Shown: one piece after another, positions 22,920-34,900 of the stretch
Layout: every line of letters starts with the position of its first letter
Position numbering within the stretch: the stretch's first letter is position 1
Source: Cyanidioschyzon merolae
Taxonomy: Eukaryota
DNA: 64,000 nt
Assembly (NCBI GenBank): GCA_000091205.1
Contig: AP006499.2
Reading direction: 5' to 3' (one strand)
The notes under the pieces: model-generated
Database searches by the model: none
Told to the model about the DNA's origin: nothing
What the model saw: only the letters and a program-made list of their open reading frames with translations
Program-made: the position numbers and the translations under genes

Positions 22920-23273
22920 ATGAGTGCCATCGAAGGTGCTTCCAAGGGCGCTATCCCCGTCGAGGGAGAGCGTGCTGTAGAGTCGGGGTCTCAGTATCCG
23001 AAGAAGCGATTCGAAGTGAAACAGTGGAACGCTGTGGCGGCGTGGAGTTGGGACCTACGCGTGGATAACTGCGCCATCTGTCGCAATCATATCATGGACC
23101 TTTGTTTGGAGTGCCAGGCTGATCCCCAGAACGCACGCGCGAGTGAATGTGTTGTGACCTGGGGTATCTGTAACCACGCTTTCCACAGTCATTGTATCAA
23201 CAAGTGGCTAGAGACGCGGAACGTGTGCCCGCTGGACAACCGACCTTGGCATAAACTGAAAGAAGGTCGGTAG
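22920..23273 (+). CDS. RBX1: RING-box protein RBX1/ROC1 (cullin-RING E3 ligase subunit)
   Basis: [40 protein letters not shown]...[34 protein letters not shown] matches RBX1 almost residue for residue, including the RING-H2 Cys/His ligands. The start is ATG at 22920. Confidence 0.92.
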   Translation: MSAIEGASKGAIPVEGERAVESGSQYPKKRFEVKQWNAVAAWSWDLRVDNCAICRNHIMDLCLECQADPQNARASECVVTWGICNHAFHSHCINKWLETRNVCPLDNRPWHKLKEGR

Positions 23274-24065
23274 TTGGCGCTGGTTCTGGGCTTTTCTTCC
23301 TCCTCGGAGGTTCCAGAGCGGCAGACGAGCTGTATGGCAGCTAACTCGGTTCAGGTTCAGGGGCGGCGCGCGCCCTTGAACCGCTGACTAGCAACAAACG
23401 GACAAGGCAGCCGAGGCTGTTTCTTTGACTGGCTGCTGGAAAAGCAGCAAACATGCCAACTAAAGTGCGAAGCGTTTGTTATGAAAGCGTCTTATCATCA
23501 CAGTCTGTTATCTCTTGGCGTACATGGTACCCACCGGGGAGCGAGGCGCATGCAGCGAGCATCGCATGCGCCTGACCGCTTTTCGACAGCAATGTTTTCC
23601 GCGTCCATAGAAGCATTGCTCGGGGTTGTGCATGTTATGTTGCAGTACTGCGGCCGAGTACCCGCCAGCACACCATATTTGCGTCTTGGTCACGTTCAAG
23701 ACCTGCAGGTATTCGGCTTAGATGAGAATGGCAGCCGTTCCGGTACCATCGGAACGAACGCAGGCATCGCATCGAGGAACACCGCGAAACGACCTTTTCT
23801 GATGCAGTCAGCTGCGCTCATCTATCAGACCAGGGTGGGGTGACTCTCAAGGCGTCCAGGCTCTTGCATTTGGAACATAGACCTTTTTCCTGATTGCACG
23901 GGATCAAGCGGTTTGGTCATCCCCGAATCAGTAAAAATCGTTTACATGCACGCTTTTTCAAGTCCGGTGGTACCCTGTTTCCGAAGCCGAGAAGTTCAAG
24001 CCTCCGATCAGGTGACCTCTGATTTTTGCTGGAGTACGCACCAAACATCGGTCAGCTCAAATTCT

Positions 24066-25430
24066 TTAGCGAAGCTCGGCCACGTCCGACATCTCCAAAC
24101 GGATACATTCACGCACCTGATTCTGAATACGATTGATTTCTTCGTCGGTTAGAGAGCGGTCCGGGCTCCGGTATGTGATCCGATAGCAGATGCTCCGTCG
24201 CTTCGTTTTGGGATGGACAAATTCATCCACTCGCGAAATGTCCTCCACAAGATCACCGGCTAGATTTCGCACGAGCTCGCAGAGATCATTCTCGTGGAAC
24301 AGACGGCCACTTGTGCTGCCGTTCCCGTCGCTGGCCTCGGGTTGGTCCTTCACCCACATAGATACGTCCTTGTAGACGGGTGGATACTTACTATACGGTT
24401 GAAACTGCGTGATGACTCCGTCCTGAAACTGCTTGATGAAACGCTTGTCTGAGCTCCAGAATAATCGGATGTCGGGTACATCGAACAGCACCATGGCGAG
24501 TCGCTCGAGGCCGAGCCCAAACGCCCAGCCCGAGTGCTTAGCGGGATCCACGTCGCCAGCCCGCAGCACATCGGGTTGAATCACACCGCAACCGAGTACC
24601 TCGAGCCAGTCGCCTTGCCACAGCACCTCTAATTCGAGCGAGTGTCGCGTAAACGGAAACTCGGCGTCGACCCATCTGACCGGGATCGGTGCTGCATCGG
24701 CGTCACTCAAAGCGGACGTCCTCGGGGATTTGTCCGCTTCGGAGTTCTTCGGCCAGCGAAAGAGGTACTGCGCCAGCCCGTACAGCGTCTCCTTCAGGTC
24801 TTCCAGGACCCACGCTTCAGACGGCGCATCCGCAAAAACGCGCACACCATCCATTTGATGAAAGATTGGATAGTGCTTTTTATCGATGGAATCGCGTCGA
24901 TAGACATCTCCTGTGACGAGGAACGCGCGGTAGCCCTGCCGCAGCAGCTCCGTATCATGTGCAGTCGTATGGGCACGCAGCACCGTCGCCTCATCCAGGT
25001 AGTACGTGTCTGTCGGACGGCGGGACGGGTGGTCCGGAGCGACCAGCAGTTCGTCAAAGCAAGCGCGCGTACTGACGATCGGCGGCAAGTCATGAAACTT
25101 TGCAAACTGAACCGGTGGTCGCCCTTGCTTCGCACCTAGCTCGTTTTCAAAATAAGCTTCGATGATTTTTCGCAGCGTGCACAGCGGATGATGCACGCGG
25201 TTGTGGAGCTTTTCTGATGGGGTTGCTTTCGCTTTCTCCAAAATGTGCGGCGGAATATTGCTCTTCGTTATGGTGGACTGTGCGCGGAGTGCTCGAGCGC
25301 CGCGCCCTCGTGACAGGTGACGGGCGAGCGTTCCGTGTGTGCTGTTCACCGCAGGCAACCAAAGTCGTTGTGCTGGGACCGTCCGCCATCGCTGTGCTAC
25401 GATGAACCCAATACCCCAGTTTTCCACCAT
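24066..25430 (-). CDS. Organellar (mitochondrial-type, monomeric) phenylalanyl-tRNA synthetase
   Basis: Class II aaRS motifs in FARS2-like order: PDHPSRRPTDTYYL..., LLRAHTTAHDTELL, GDVYRRDSIDKKHYPIFHQMDGV, GWAFGLGLERLAMVLFDVPDIR, and a C-terminal anticodon-binding region. The N-terminus is Arg-rich (...RHLSRGRGARALRA), consistent with a presequence. The listed ORF starts on TTG at 25448, and the first ATG is at 25428-25430. Confidence 0.85.
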   Translation of the reverse strand: MVENWGIGFIVAQRWRTVPAQRLWLPAVNSTHGTLARHLSRGRGARALRAQSTITKSNIPPHILEKAKATPSEKLHNRVHHPLCTLRKIIEAYFENELGAKQGRPPVQFAKFHDLPPIVSTRACFDELLVAPDHPSRRPTDTYYLDEATVLRAHTTAHDTELLRQGYRAFLVTGDVYRRDSIDKKHYPIFHQMDGVRVFADAPSEAWVLEDLKETLYGLAQYLFRWPKNSEADKSPRTSALSDADAAPIPVRWVDAEFPFTRHSLELEVLWQGDWLEVLGCGVIQPDVLRAGDVDPAKHSGWAFGLGLERLAMVLFDVPDIRLFWSSDKRFIKQFQDGVITQFQPYSKYPPVYKDVSMWVKDQPEASDGNGSTSGRLFHENDLCELVRNLAGDLVEDISRVDEFVHPKTKRRSICYRITYRSPDRSLTDEEINRIQNQVRECIRLEMSDVAELR

Positions 25431-26710
25431 AGGAACAGCGTGAAACAACTCGAGAGCCTTGTCCTCCAGTATCTATTTACGCCTAATCGGTACCGAACGC
25501 TAACGTTGCTCGCTGTGAAACACCCCGATACAAACTGGAGTGCGTTCCCCGAAGCGACGTCTATCGTGTGTTGCGTGCCGCACGAGTTGAGGCACGGCTC
25601 ACTACTGTCGATGAATTGTAGACGAGACGCACCGCCGCAAGCAGCCATGCCTCGGTCCAGTGAAGCCATGGGGCTTGCGTTCGCCACGACGGCCATAGAC
25701 TCATACTAGTATAAAATTGGACAGGTCCATTTTGCGAAACCCCGACAGATACACATCTGAATACCAGCATCCGCGGACGTTTTTTCTGCGATCATTTCCT
25801 TTTCCTTTCATGCAGCTCCGTCTTTGAATGCGCGGGTCTCTCTTTTGCCTCGAGATCCATTGCCAGCAGTCGACGGATGTTGATCGGAGCTTTCAACTTC
25901 TCATCTCGCTGCTTCCACTACTGTCAATGAATCTCATGCGCAGGCGGTTACTGAGATCCGCCCTTCGCTTCCCATATTCATCTTCTTTGTATGCAGACTC
26001 GGTGTGCGCCTCGCGCCGGTGACACTTGTGTGTGGTCAGGTGTTTCGGTATGGTCAGCGTACCTCCTTCGCATCCTCTTCCGAGAGTCACCCAGCGGTAC
26101 ATGAAGGCTCTTTTCATCGCTCGGTACATGCGCTTTTCTAACACAGAAGGCTCCATCGGGCGCGCTACCCCATTTTACGCGCCCAGCATCATTTCCCTTG
26201 ATCACGCGATTTTATCAATCGGATCCTTTCAGCCAGTATGCTGCATACTGCACGTGCGAGCGCATGCGATTCCAGTAAACAGAGGATTTGTGGCAGGGAA
26301 TGTTGTCCATAATAAAAACCCTGTTCGGGAATGCAGATATAGGTTGGCGAAGCATTCGAGAATTTCCGATCTCTCTACGCGACCTACAAGTAAACCGATG
26401 ACGCGCTCTCCGCTGAAAGCAATCGCTACGTTAACGAAGGTCCGGATCTAAGACTCTTTTGCCATAGAAACAGGGCAAACGACAGAGTCTGTGCTTGCGA
26501 ATCCTGTAATGGATATATAGCTGCTGTGGAATCTCGTTTCGTCGACTGCCACAAGGAGCGAAGCATCTATATTCCGAACAAAATCCAGGATTTGACGTCA
26601 CAAGTTCCGTGAACCTCGACCCGAGCTTGTGATCAGGTCGTTTATCGAGCGGCTCGAATGACTGCGCCATCAAGCTGCATTCAAACAAACATAGGGAACG
26701 CTTCAGGAAT

Positions 26711-27180
26711 GCGCGATTAAAGCACGCTACGCATAACGAATTCGAAAGCATGAACGCTTGCATCTTTGCATTGGATGACGATATCGGTTATTTCAGCTTC
26801 AAGAATACGCGATTAAAGCACGCTACGCATAACGAATTCGAAAGCATGAACGCTTGCATCTTTGCATTGGATGACGATATCGGTTATTTCAGCTTCAAGA
26901 ATACGCGATTAAAGCACGCTACGCATAACGAATTCGAAAGCATGAACGCTTGCATCTTTGCATTGGATGACGATATCGGTTATTTCAGCTTCAAGAATAC
27001 GCGATTAAAGCACGCTACGCATAACGAATTCGAAAGCATGAACGCTTGCATCTTTGCATTGGATGATGATATCGGTCATTTCAGCTTCAAGAATACGCGA
27101 TTAAAGCATGCTACGCATAACGAATTCGAAAGCATGAACGCTTGCATCTTTGCATTGGATGACGATATCGGGTATTTCAC
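26711..27180. repeat. Tandem minisatellite, 96-bp unit x about 4.9 copies
   Basis: Near-identical units start at 26713, 26809, 26905, 27001 and 27097. Because 96 = 3 x 32, the array yields a spurious ORF (26750..27229) repeating MNACIFALDDDIGYFSFKNTRLKHATHNEFES. The unit contains the cgaattcg palindrome. Confidence 0.9.
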
Positions 27181-28193
27181 GATGCCTTGTTCGAGTGCGT
27201 CACGATTCATCTTGATTCCGGCAAGGTAAAAAGCCCTGCGGCAACTCGTCGATAAAACCAGCCCTAAAATACAACCGAGTATCCTGAAGCTGCGTATGTA
27301 CCCGTACGCTCATATTCCAGAACTTCAAAAGTCAAAGCCGTACATCCAAAGCAAGTTTGTCAAAGACGTGCAAGCAGGAACAAATTGAGCAGCTTAGTGT
27401 TCGATGAGCAGCTGACACGACTGCAGGCCCCGATTTCACGTGATCCGCTCCGTGAACTCCTGCGTTTCAGGGCGATTTTTTTTCATTGACAAAACGTTTA
27501 CTTAGGCCAGCGTTCTCCGATTATGCGCATTTTCCTTTTCTTACTTTTTTGTGTGTTTTTTTGCGCGGTGAGGTATCCATCAACCCCTACCTTCACGTTA
27601 CATTACCTATACTTCTTCTCGGATATTCTGGTCGTTTCATATGTCCTATCGTGTGTGCCTAGTGCCTGCCGAAAGCGACAGCAGTAGCGCCTATAGCGCC
27701 GGTGTGGTCGCTGCACGGAGACAGAACGACGTTGCCGTACCACACAGAGGGCGTCGGCTCGAGGGTTTCCGGGCGATGCTCTGATCGGCCGCGCACAATG
27801 GATGGACATGAAAATCCATTTTTGTATAGTCTCCACGAGTGCGCCGTTTGCGAGCGATGAACGCTCCGGGCTGCACTGCCGCCGCAGCGACACGGAGGCG
27901 CAGCGACCTGCAAGCGCCTACAGACGTCGAAACACATTCGTTGCAGACCGAGTAAGACCATGGACGAGATAAGCACATTGCCACCAAAACGAGTGTCGCT
28001 TCAAACTGTAAAAGATTCCATTGCGAAAGAGTGGACGACGAAGGAGCTGCGCACACAGAACCTCAAGTTCGTTCGGAACCTAGCTTTTTTCATTGGAGCG
28101 ATCTACGTTTTTCGCAAGTACGGCAAGTGGATGGAAATCTAGTCCAGCTCACCTACCGTGCTAAAACACACTTGTGCGAGTGTGTTCTATAAT

Positions 28194-29579
28194 ATGGAGC
28201 AGGTATCAGGGACAGAGTCGCCGGCGAGGAGGCAGGGTTCTGTTCCTCCACAGCTTGAGTCAACGGCGGCAGGTTTCCCGGCCGCAGGCCACCGGGACGC
28301 TCCGGCATTCGCAACGCTCGGCGCGCTGGCACGTGAACGCATTGCACGGACAAGCGTTTCGCACCGGCAGCTTGCCCGTGAGAGCGGCAGCGTGTCCGAA
28401 GAAAGTGAGCGGCGCCCCAGTGCTGATGCACTTGCTTGGCAGCACTGCTGCTGGCGGGCGCCGACTGAGCGTTCGGACGCCGTAGCGCTCTTCAGTTTGT
28501 CGGAGGTGTTCCTATTGATCCGGAGTGAGTACGCGCCACAGTCTGTTTATGGGTGGCTAATGCTGACGCATATGCTTCGAATGCCACCGGAAACGCTCGC
28601 TCGCGAGGCTGTGATCGACCCGGAAATCAGAGCAGAACAGGCATCAGTTGGCGACGAAAATAGGACGTATGGTGGTTTTCTGGAGCTTGTGCTTTTCATG
28701 CACGTGGGGGTCGCTTTGCGGGATGCACTGCACTCGCGAAATCGCAACGTGAACGAGGCTGCCCTGGAATGTCTGGCGCATTTGCTGCATCGTCTCTTCG
28801 ATAGCGACGTGCTTGCTTTTGTTGACGGGTGTGTCTTCGAAGATGACAAGGACCAGATAGGCGACGATTACAATGAAGAGGCATTGATAGACCTTTGGGC
28901 TTCCATGGAGCTCCGGAACGACTCCGATAACCCGAGCTCCCGCGCCAAACATGGAGACAACGACAACGATACCGTTGATGAGGATGCAGAGGTCGGTGCT
29001 GCCGGTTCCACCGCCATGGGCAGCAATCTCTATGAAGACTACCGCCCTACGTCCCATGACTGGGTTATCGAAATGGTGACCACCGGTCTGGTTCCGGTTC
29101 TGCTCGGACTTTTCCAGAGCAAACTGCGACAGCATGTGATCGATCCCCGGGTAACCAGATTGAGTTACTTCCTGATATGGGTGCTGCACCCGTGTCTACG
29201 ACTAGATGAGGGCGCGAGCATCTTGAAACAATTGCTCTCCATTGCACTTGCTTTGCTGGAACGTGTCGGATCCGCTGAACCCCAGCAGACTACCAACAGC
29301 GAAACGGGACCTTTGGCGGCGGCAGCGCAGTCGGCCCTGATGCATAGCCTACGAGCAGCCGCCGTACTTGCCATGGATGAGCGTCTCGACATCGAGGAAT
29401 CTGTCCAACACGTAATGGAGGCGAAGCTTCAGCTATGGTTGAATCACTTGGACCTTGAAAACAAGCTGGGACGCCAAGTTGCGAGAAGCATGCAGGCGCT
29501 CGTGTCCATCATGACACGAAACCGTCGCCAAGTAACAAGTTTGTCGCAGTCCGTAAACAATGAGCTTCAGTACTCGTGA
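28194..29579 (+). CDS. Hypothetical protein (about 460 aa), no domain recognised
   Basis: A long ORF; the listed start is GTG at 28158 and the first ATG is at 28194. It sits convergently with the gene at 30163-32262 and has an acidic low-complexity stretch in the middle. Confidence 0.45.
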   Translation: MEQVSGTESPARRQGSVPPQLESTAAGFPAAGHRDAPAFATLGALARERIARTSVSHRQLARESGSVSEESERRPSADALAWQHCCWRAPTERSDAVALFSLSEVFLLIRSEYAPQSVYGWLMLTHMLRMPPETLAREAVIDPEIRAEQASVGDENRTYGGFLELVLFMHVGVALRDALHSRNRNVNEAALECLAHLLHRLFDSDVLAFVDGCVFEDDKDQIGDDYNEEALIDLWASMELRNDSDNPSSRAKHGDNDNDTVDEDAEVGAAGSTAMGSNLYEDYRPTSHDWVIEMVTTGLVPVLLGLFQSKLRQHVIDPRVTRLSYFLIWVLHPCLRLDEGASILKQLLSIALALLERVGSAEPQQTTNSETGPLAAAAQSALMHSLRAAAVLAMDERLDIEESVQHVMEAKLQLWLNHLDLENKLGRQVARSMQALVSIMTRNRRQVTSLSQSVNNELQYS

Positions 29580-30162
29580 GCAGGCTCGGCGGCCTGGCAA
29601 ACGTATTGCGGCCTCGGGGGCCGCAAGAAGCCGCGATGGCGATGCACGCCCGGGAAACGCCAGCGCCTTTCTGTGCGCTGCTTTCCAGCAGGAGATCACG
29701 TGGCGACTCCTGGCTACTGGCCGGTAGCCGGATACTTGTAGCTGATACTTGTTTATCGGTACCGCGCGCTTGTCTCCACTGCACCGTTACACATACCGCC
29801 CGAAGGCCGATGAGACTCACTCGACAACGCGCATCGTGGAGCATACGCTTTGCAATGCATTTCGAATGAAGGTCATGGAGCTCGCGCCCCATTGATGCAG
29901 GTACTTGAACCGCGAACCCTTATGGTGGCCATAGAATCGGTAAGGCGGGCGTTACCGACGCGAGGCATCCACGACGCTGAACGGGATCTCGCAAACGCAC
30001 CTTTCACGGCGGCATTCGGATACCGAAAGCTACGAGGCGTACTCCCTTGTGACTGCGATCCCGACACGATCCCCGGGAACAAGGAGCGCAGCCCTGTTCG
30101 GACCACACACAATGGAACGAAATGCCCAACACCCGTGCCTTGTTGCAGAAGTTGATCGCGTA

Positions 30163-32262
30163 TCAGACAGACAGGCAGGCTTCCGCGTTGTCCGGCGAAG
30201 CGCTCTCGAAAACGTCCCATAGAAACTGCTGGGCAGGTTGAACGACTGCGGAAACGGTATCACTGTGTATGGCGCTGAGGACGGCGTGTGCAACGTCACC
30301 GGCACGCACCTGCACGAATGTGGTATGCGTCTCGGGGTCGTGCGCGTTCCCGCAACCTTCCTCGACACCAGGACCTGAGACGCTTACAAGAGGGGCTCGC
30401 GTGGGAACCGCATCCTTCGATGGTTGACTGCTGGAGCGCATTCGTTGTCTGTAGAGCGCCACAAGTTGTCTTGTGGGTTGGTCAAGACGATCCAGGTAGC
30501 CGACTTGTTCAAAACTCGACAAGGCAACTTGGTGAACCAGGAAAAGTACCAACCACGGAAAGCGGGGCAGTGAACGCCACACCATAGCACGTTGCATCAA
30601 CAGGTCAATGTACGTATGCTGCGCAGTGACCGAATCGTCCACAGGTTCCAGGAGCAGGTGCCAGCGCAGGATGCCGCCGCTTGGGGTGTGTACGCCCACC
30701 CCGCCAGCATCAATGCCACGTTGAAGTGGCAGACACAGAAGCGCCCCATCGAGAACACCATAATCATCTCCGCTTGCATCCAAGATCTGCTTGCATAGCG
30801 TGGCTCGCGTCAGTCGGGTGCGCGATGTTCGCGATGCCTGACCAAGCTCAAACATCAGTTGGGTAAGCAGCGAGACCACAGCACGCTTATACGCTGCTCC
30901 GTGGGCGTTGTCGAAGATGACCGCTCTGAGGGTCTGCATCGCGAGTTCCCCGCAATGCTCTGCGAGCAGGAGCGCGTCATCAGCCGCATACGAAGTATGA
31001 CGCGCGTCTAAACCCTCACTAAGGCGAAATTCGTGCAAAGGACGTACCAGACGCTCATAAAAACCAGCAGCAAAAGAAGCACCCGCATGGAAAACGGCAG
31101 ATGCATTCGTTTCTGCTTGCCGTGGCGGTATTCGCACATTCCACAACTTGCTCTCACTGCAGCATATGAGGAACATCAGTTCCCACGCCCTCAGCGTTGA
31201 TAATCGTTGCAGCAGTCCCAGACCTGGTAACTCCGTCATGAGTTCTATGATATTCAGGAGGTCTCCGAAGTAGGCAAGTGCGCGCGTTTGATCGTCAAAA
31301 GCTGCTGAAGCGCGACGAAAGCCTTCGAAAAGCATGAAAGCCACACAAGTCGCTGAGGCAAACCACGGTGACGCGGGCTCCCTGAGTCGGACCGCCGCTC
31401 GCCACCGCTGGATCGCGATCATGCTATGCAGAACGTGCTCATGACGCCTGCACGGGACGCTTGGTCTTGCGGTTCTGTCCATGGAGCCTGAACGCTCTGC
31501 GTCTGTTAACAGACAAAGGCTCGAAACTAGGACGTGCCAAATCTCGACCAGACCAGGTTCTACTTGTAGGTTGCGAAAGCGCTCGACGAAAAAAGCGGCA
31601 TCCGATAATTGGATGGCCTCTCGAAGCAGCGAGTTTAGGACGAAACGGCTGCTCATGTCTTCTGTGGGTATCGGAAAAGGTTCTCTATGCGTTTGGGGAT
31701 ATCGCACGGGTGCGCCACGGAGCGAGACACGTGCTCGTTCGCTGCGACTGTCGGCTATGTCAGGCCGTTCGTCCATGCTCCACGTTACGGGTAACTTAGA
31801 ACCGGTCCCCGTTGCAATGGTATCCTGCGAAGGCGCCAGTATACCTTCGGAAACCTCTGCGGAATACTTTCCATGAAGCCAAAGCAGCATATCTATTGCA
31901 GTTCGTAGTCGTACCACGGCATAGTACGGTAGGTAGTAACGAGCACCCCGCAGCTGATCCCGTGAAAGCCGCCCAGCGTCGGTGCGAGCATCTCGGGGAC
32001 GTTCCGATAGAACATTGAAAACTTCCTGAACAAGGCGCTGCAGTTGCTCCACCTCGGTGCCAGAGGATAGCACGAACGCAGGTGCGAGCCCTTCGGCAGA
32101 CGCTTCTCGCTGCTGGGAAGCGTACGCTGCTCCTAGACGCTCACGCTGCCGTCGATAGTGTTGGCGCTCAGCGAGCGCCTCCGATAAGCGTTCTCGAAAC
32201 GCTTTCAGGTGTCGCCAGTGTGCCGGGATGGAGGGCCACAGCTTGTCGCTAACACTGGCCAT
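30163..32262 (-). CDS. Hypothetical protein (about 700 aa), no domain recognised
   Basis: An uninterrupted 2.1 kb ORF; the listed start is TTG at 32304 and the first ATG is at 32260-32262. Confidence 0.5.
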   Translation of the reverse strand: MASVSDKLWPSIPAHWRHLKAFRERLSEALAERQHYRRQRERLGAAYASQQREASAEGLAPAFVLSSGTEVEQLQRLVQEVFNVLSERPRDARTDAGRLSRDQLRGARYYLPYYAVVRLRTAIDMLLWLHGKYSAEVSEGILAPSQDTIATGTGSKLPVTWSMDERPDIADSRSERARVSLRGAPVRYPQTHREPFPIPTEDMSSRFVLNSLLREAIQLSDAAFFVERFRNLQVEPGLVEIWHVLVSSLCLLTDAERSGSMDRTARPSVPCRRHEHVLHSMIAIQRWRAAVRLREPASPWFASATCVAFMLFEGFRRASAAFDDQTRALAYFGDLLNIIELMTELPGLGLLQRLSTLRAWELMFLICCSESKLWNVRIPPRQAETNASAVFHAGASFAAGFYERLVRPLHEFRLSEGLDARHTSYAADDALLLAEHCGELAMQTLRAVIFDNAHGAAYKRAVVSLLTQLMFELGQASRTSRTRLTRATLCKQILDASGDDYGVLDGALLCLPLQRGIDAGGVGVHTPSGGILRWHLLLEPVDDSVTAQHTYIDLLMQRAMVWRSLPRFPWLVLFLVHQVALSSFEQVGYLDRLDQPTRQLVALYRQRMRSSSQPSKDAVPTRAPLVSVSGPGVEEGCGNAHDPETHTTFVQVRAGDVAHAVLSAIHSDTVSAVVQPAQQFLWDVFESASPDNAEACLSV

Positions 32263-34900
32263 ACGTTGCCCGACTGCGTGCTCAGTGGGCGTCACTGCAA
32301 GCAACGCTGGTACAGATCCACCGTGAAACCAGACTTTTCCAACGATTGTGAACGACGAAGTGGTGAGATATGTTTGTCCGGGTGGCGCTCGAAGCTAGCC
32401 CGCACCAGGCCCTGGACTACCGGCATGCGTCTATTGCCAGTCGCATGCGTCATTTTTTCGTAGTGCGCATCAGAGCATCCACGTTCAGAACAAGAGACGA
32501 TTTCGTTCAAAGTGCGGCGGAATCAGGGCCTCGTGAATACGTGGCGAGGTTGAGATACCTGCTGCGATGGTTTATTCGTTTGCAACTTTTGCTCGCCGCA
32601 GACTACGCCTATTTCAGCGTAAAACAAGATAGGTTGCGTGATACGAATACATACGTTCAGGTGTTGGACGCTACCAGCTGTCATCAATACCAGCCTTTGC
32701 TGGCGTTTTCTGCATCTGGATTGTTTTCCGATTCCTTATCTCCGACTTTGAATGCGTCGGTCTGTCGTTTCGCGCCACGTCTCCTGTCAGAAGTAGAAGG
32801 ATGTCGACGGCAGCGTTAAGGTTCTACTTCGCTGCATCCGGCTGTTGTCAACAAATTGCATACACAGACGCGAGCTGCGATCTATGCTTCGCTTGTGATT
32901 TGCCTGTTCTTTAGTTACAGTCTCAGTGCGCGCTTCGCAGCGGTACCACTCGAATGCAGGCAGGTGGTCGTTTCTGTCGACGGCACGTCATCCTCCTCCG
33001 AGAGGCATTCTGTGGTGCGCGAGGGCCTTCTTCACCGCTCGTTACGTGCCCTTGACGGAACCAGAAGGCTCATCTCGATGCTTTCCTCAGTTTCCGCGCC
33101 TGGTGCCATACTATACAAGGAGGGGCTTCTCCTTGGCTATGCTCTCTGCGAGTATTCTTCCCGCTGGACGTGCAAGCCCGCGCTATTCCACTCAATGGAT
33201 AATTTATGGGTTGCTATGTTACTAATGATGAAATATGTAATGCAACGAAAATCCAGAATTACGTGGAAGAACTCGAGCAGTGTCGATCCGTCCTTGCTCC
33301 CTTCGTGCACAGCGACGATTCACCCTCGCGTGGAAGCCATGTCGGCGATGACTCAAGTCCGAGTCCGCGACCCTTTTCCACCTAAACAGAGGCGACGGCA
33401 GCATCTGCGGCATATCCCATGACAGGTACAAGAAAGCTGTGGAATGCAGTTCCACCGATGGCAGCGACGAGATGGAGATTCTCTCTTCCAAACAGGGTCG
33501 ATTTTTTGTCGTGACAAGATCAGCGAACTCTCAGAATGAACTCATGTTGAAGCCGTCTAGGGACCGCGTCAATTTCTGGTCGTCAATCCAGTAGCGCGAA
33601 CAGTTGCGTTCACGAGTTGCCATGAAAAAGAAAGCTGAAGCACTTGAAGAAGCGTGATTTGGGCATCTTTTTCATCACGAACTGAAAGGGGTCGAGTCTT
33701 TTACTGTTTGACCAGATGATCAGATCAGTCGTTTTACGAAGCCTTTTTCAAGGGCGTCAGGAATCATCTTGGTTCCAATAATGTATCGAATTCCAGAGGC
33801 AGAGCGTCGAAGGCGTCTCTCCGAAAAGACCACCGTGCATCGAAAAACTGCCTGTGAATCCGTGAGCCCCGATTACGGTACAAAAATCATTGGGGTTGTA
33901 CGTCTAAAAAAGTTCGGAAAAATTCATTTGATATGAAAACAGCTAGCAGTTCAGTGTGCGATTTTAGTCCGACATGAATGTAGTATTCACGCCAAAAGGA
34001 AGCGTCTATTGCAGCAGTTTTCTCCGGAACGCTGCGTAATGCTAAATCTGGTTTCCGTCCTTTCCTAAAGCATCGCTATCAGTCTCAGCTTCAGAGCTGC
34101 GCCTCCATGTGGCTCCCAGAATGGAGAGCTGATTCTCTGCTGCCAATCTAATCGTGAAAACAATGGGCAGTACTTGCATTCGCCTCAGAGGGAGCCCCTC
34201 CAGGGAAGCGCATACGTTTTGGAAACGTTCAATCAGCGTGGCCGCTAGCTGAGGCACCGAACACTGCAGAACCGTTTCGGCGAGAAGTGGAGTGCTCATC
34301 CCCATCTTGGGAGTTTACACTCAGTACACGAACTCTAACAAGATAGCCACGCGAAGAGGTACACCCTCTGCACGTTTTCGACGGCACTACAAGTGACCGG
34401 CGATACCTCTATCCCAACGTTGCTTTTGAGCACGAACTTGCTCCAGCGCTGCGGCTCGTGAGACAAACGCTTCATTCGCTGGGAGCAGCATAATTTGAAT
34501 TTCACTCGGGGAAACGGCTCGTGGGGCACCTTCTTCGCTCTGCAGCCTTGCCAGCTGCAAAACTCTTCACAGGTGCGACTTGTTCTTGCGAGGAGCCCTA
34601 TCGCGCCGTACAGGTCGCTGGCTCGCGCTCCCGCAACTCGGAGCTCAAACTCTGCCTATTGAAACCTCACTTCTCTCCCAATTACAAGACCCCCAGATTC
34701 CACGACAAAGTCCCAGTGCCTGAAACGCGAGTCGGCACCAGTGATTCACCCAATTCACTCACTGCTTATCATGAAAGCTGGAGAGAAGGCGCACAGCGCG
34801 CGATCTCTCCATCGGCGAGCGTCAGCGAGCTGCTCGAGACGCGAACCCCTGTGGCAGAACGTCGATTGGGAACGTTCTTTGGTCTGGTGTGGCTCGAGGT

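Noticed and set aside
26711-27180. Possibility that the tandem repeat arrays here and at 56752-57124 are CRISPR arrays
   Set aside because: The units abut directly with no unique spacers, the units themselves are polymorphic, and the context is eukaryotic nuclear DNA.
26750-27229. 159-aa ORF encoding five copies of a 32-aa peptide
   Set aside because: It is produced entirely by the 96-bp tandem repeat having a period divisible by three. It lies in a divergent promoter region and has no coding-like context.
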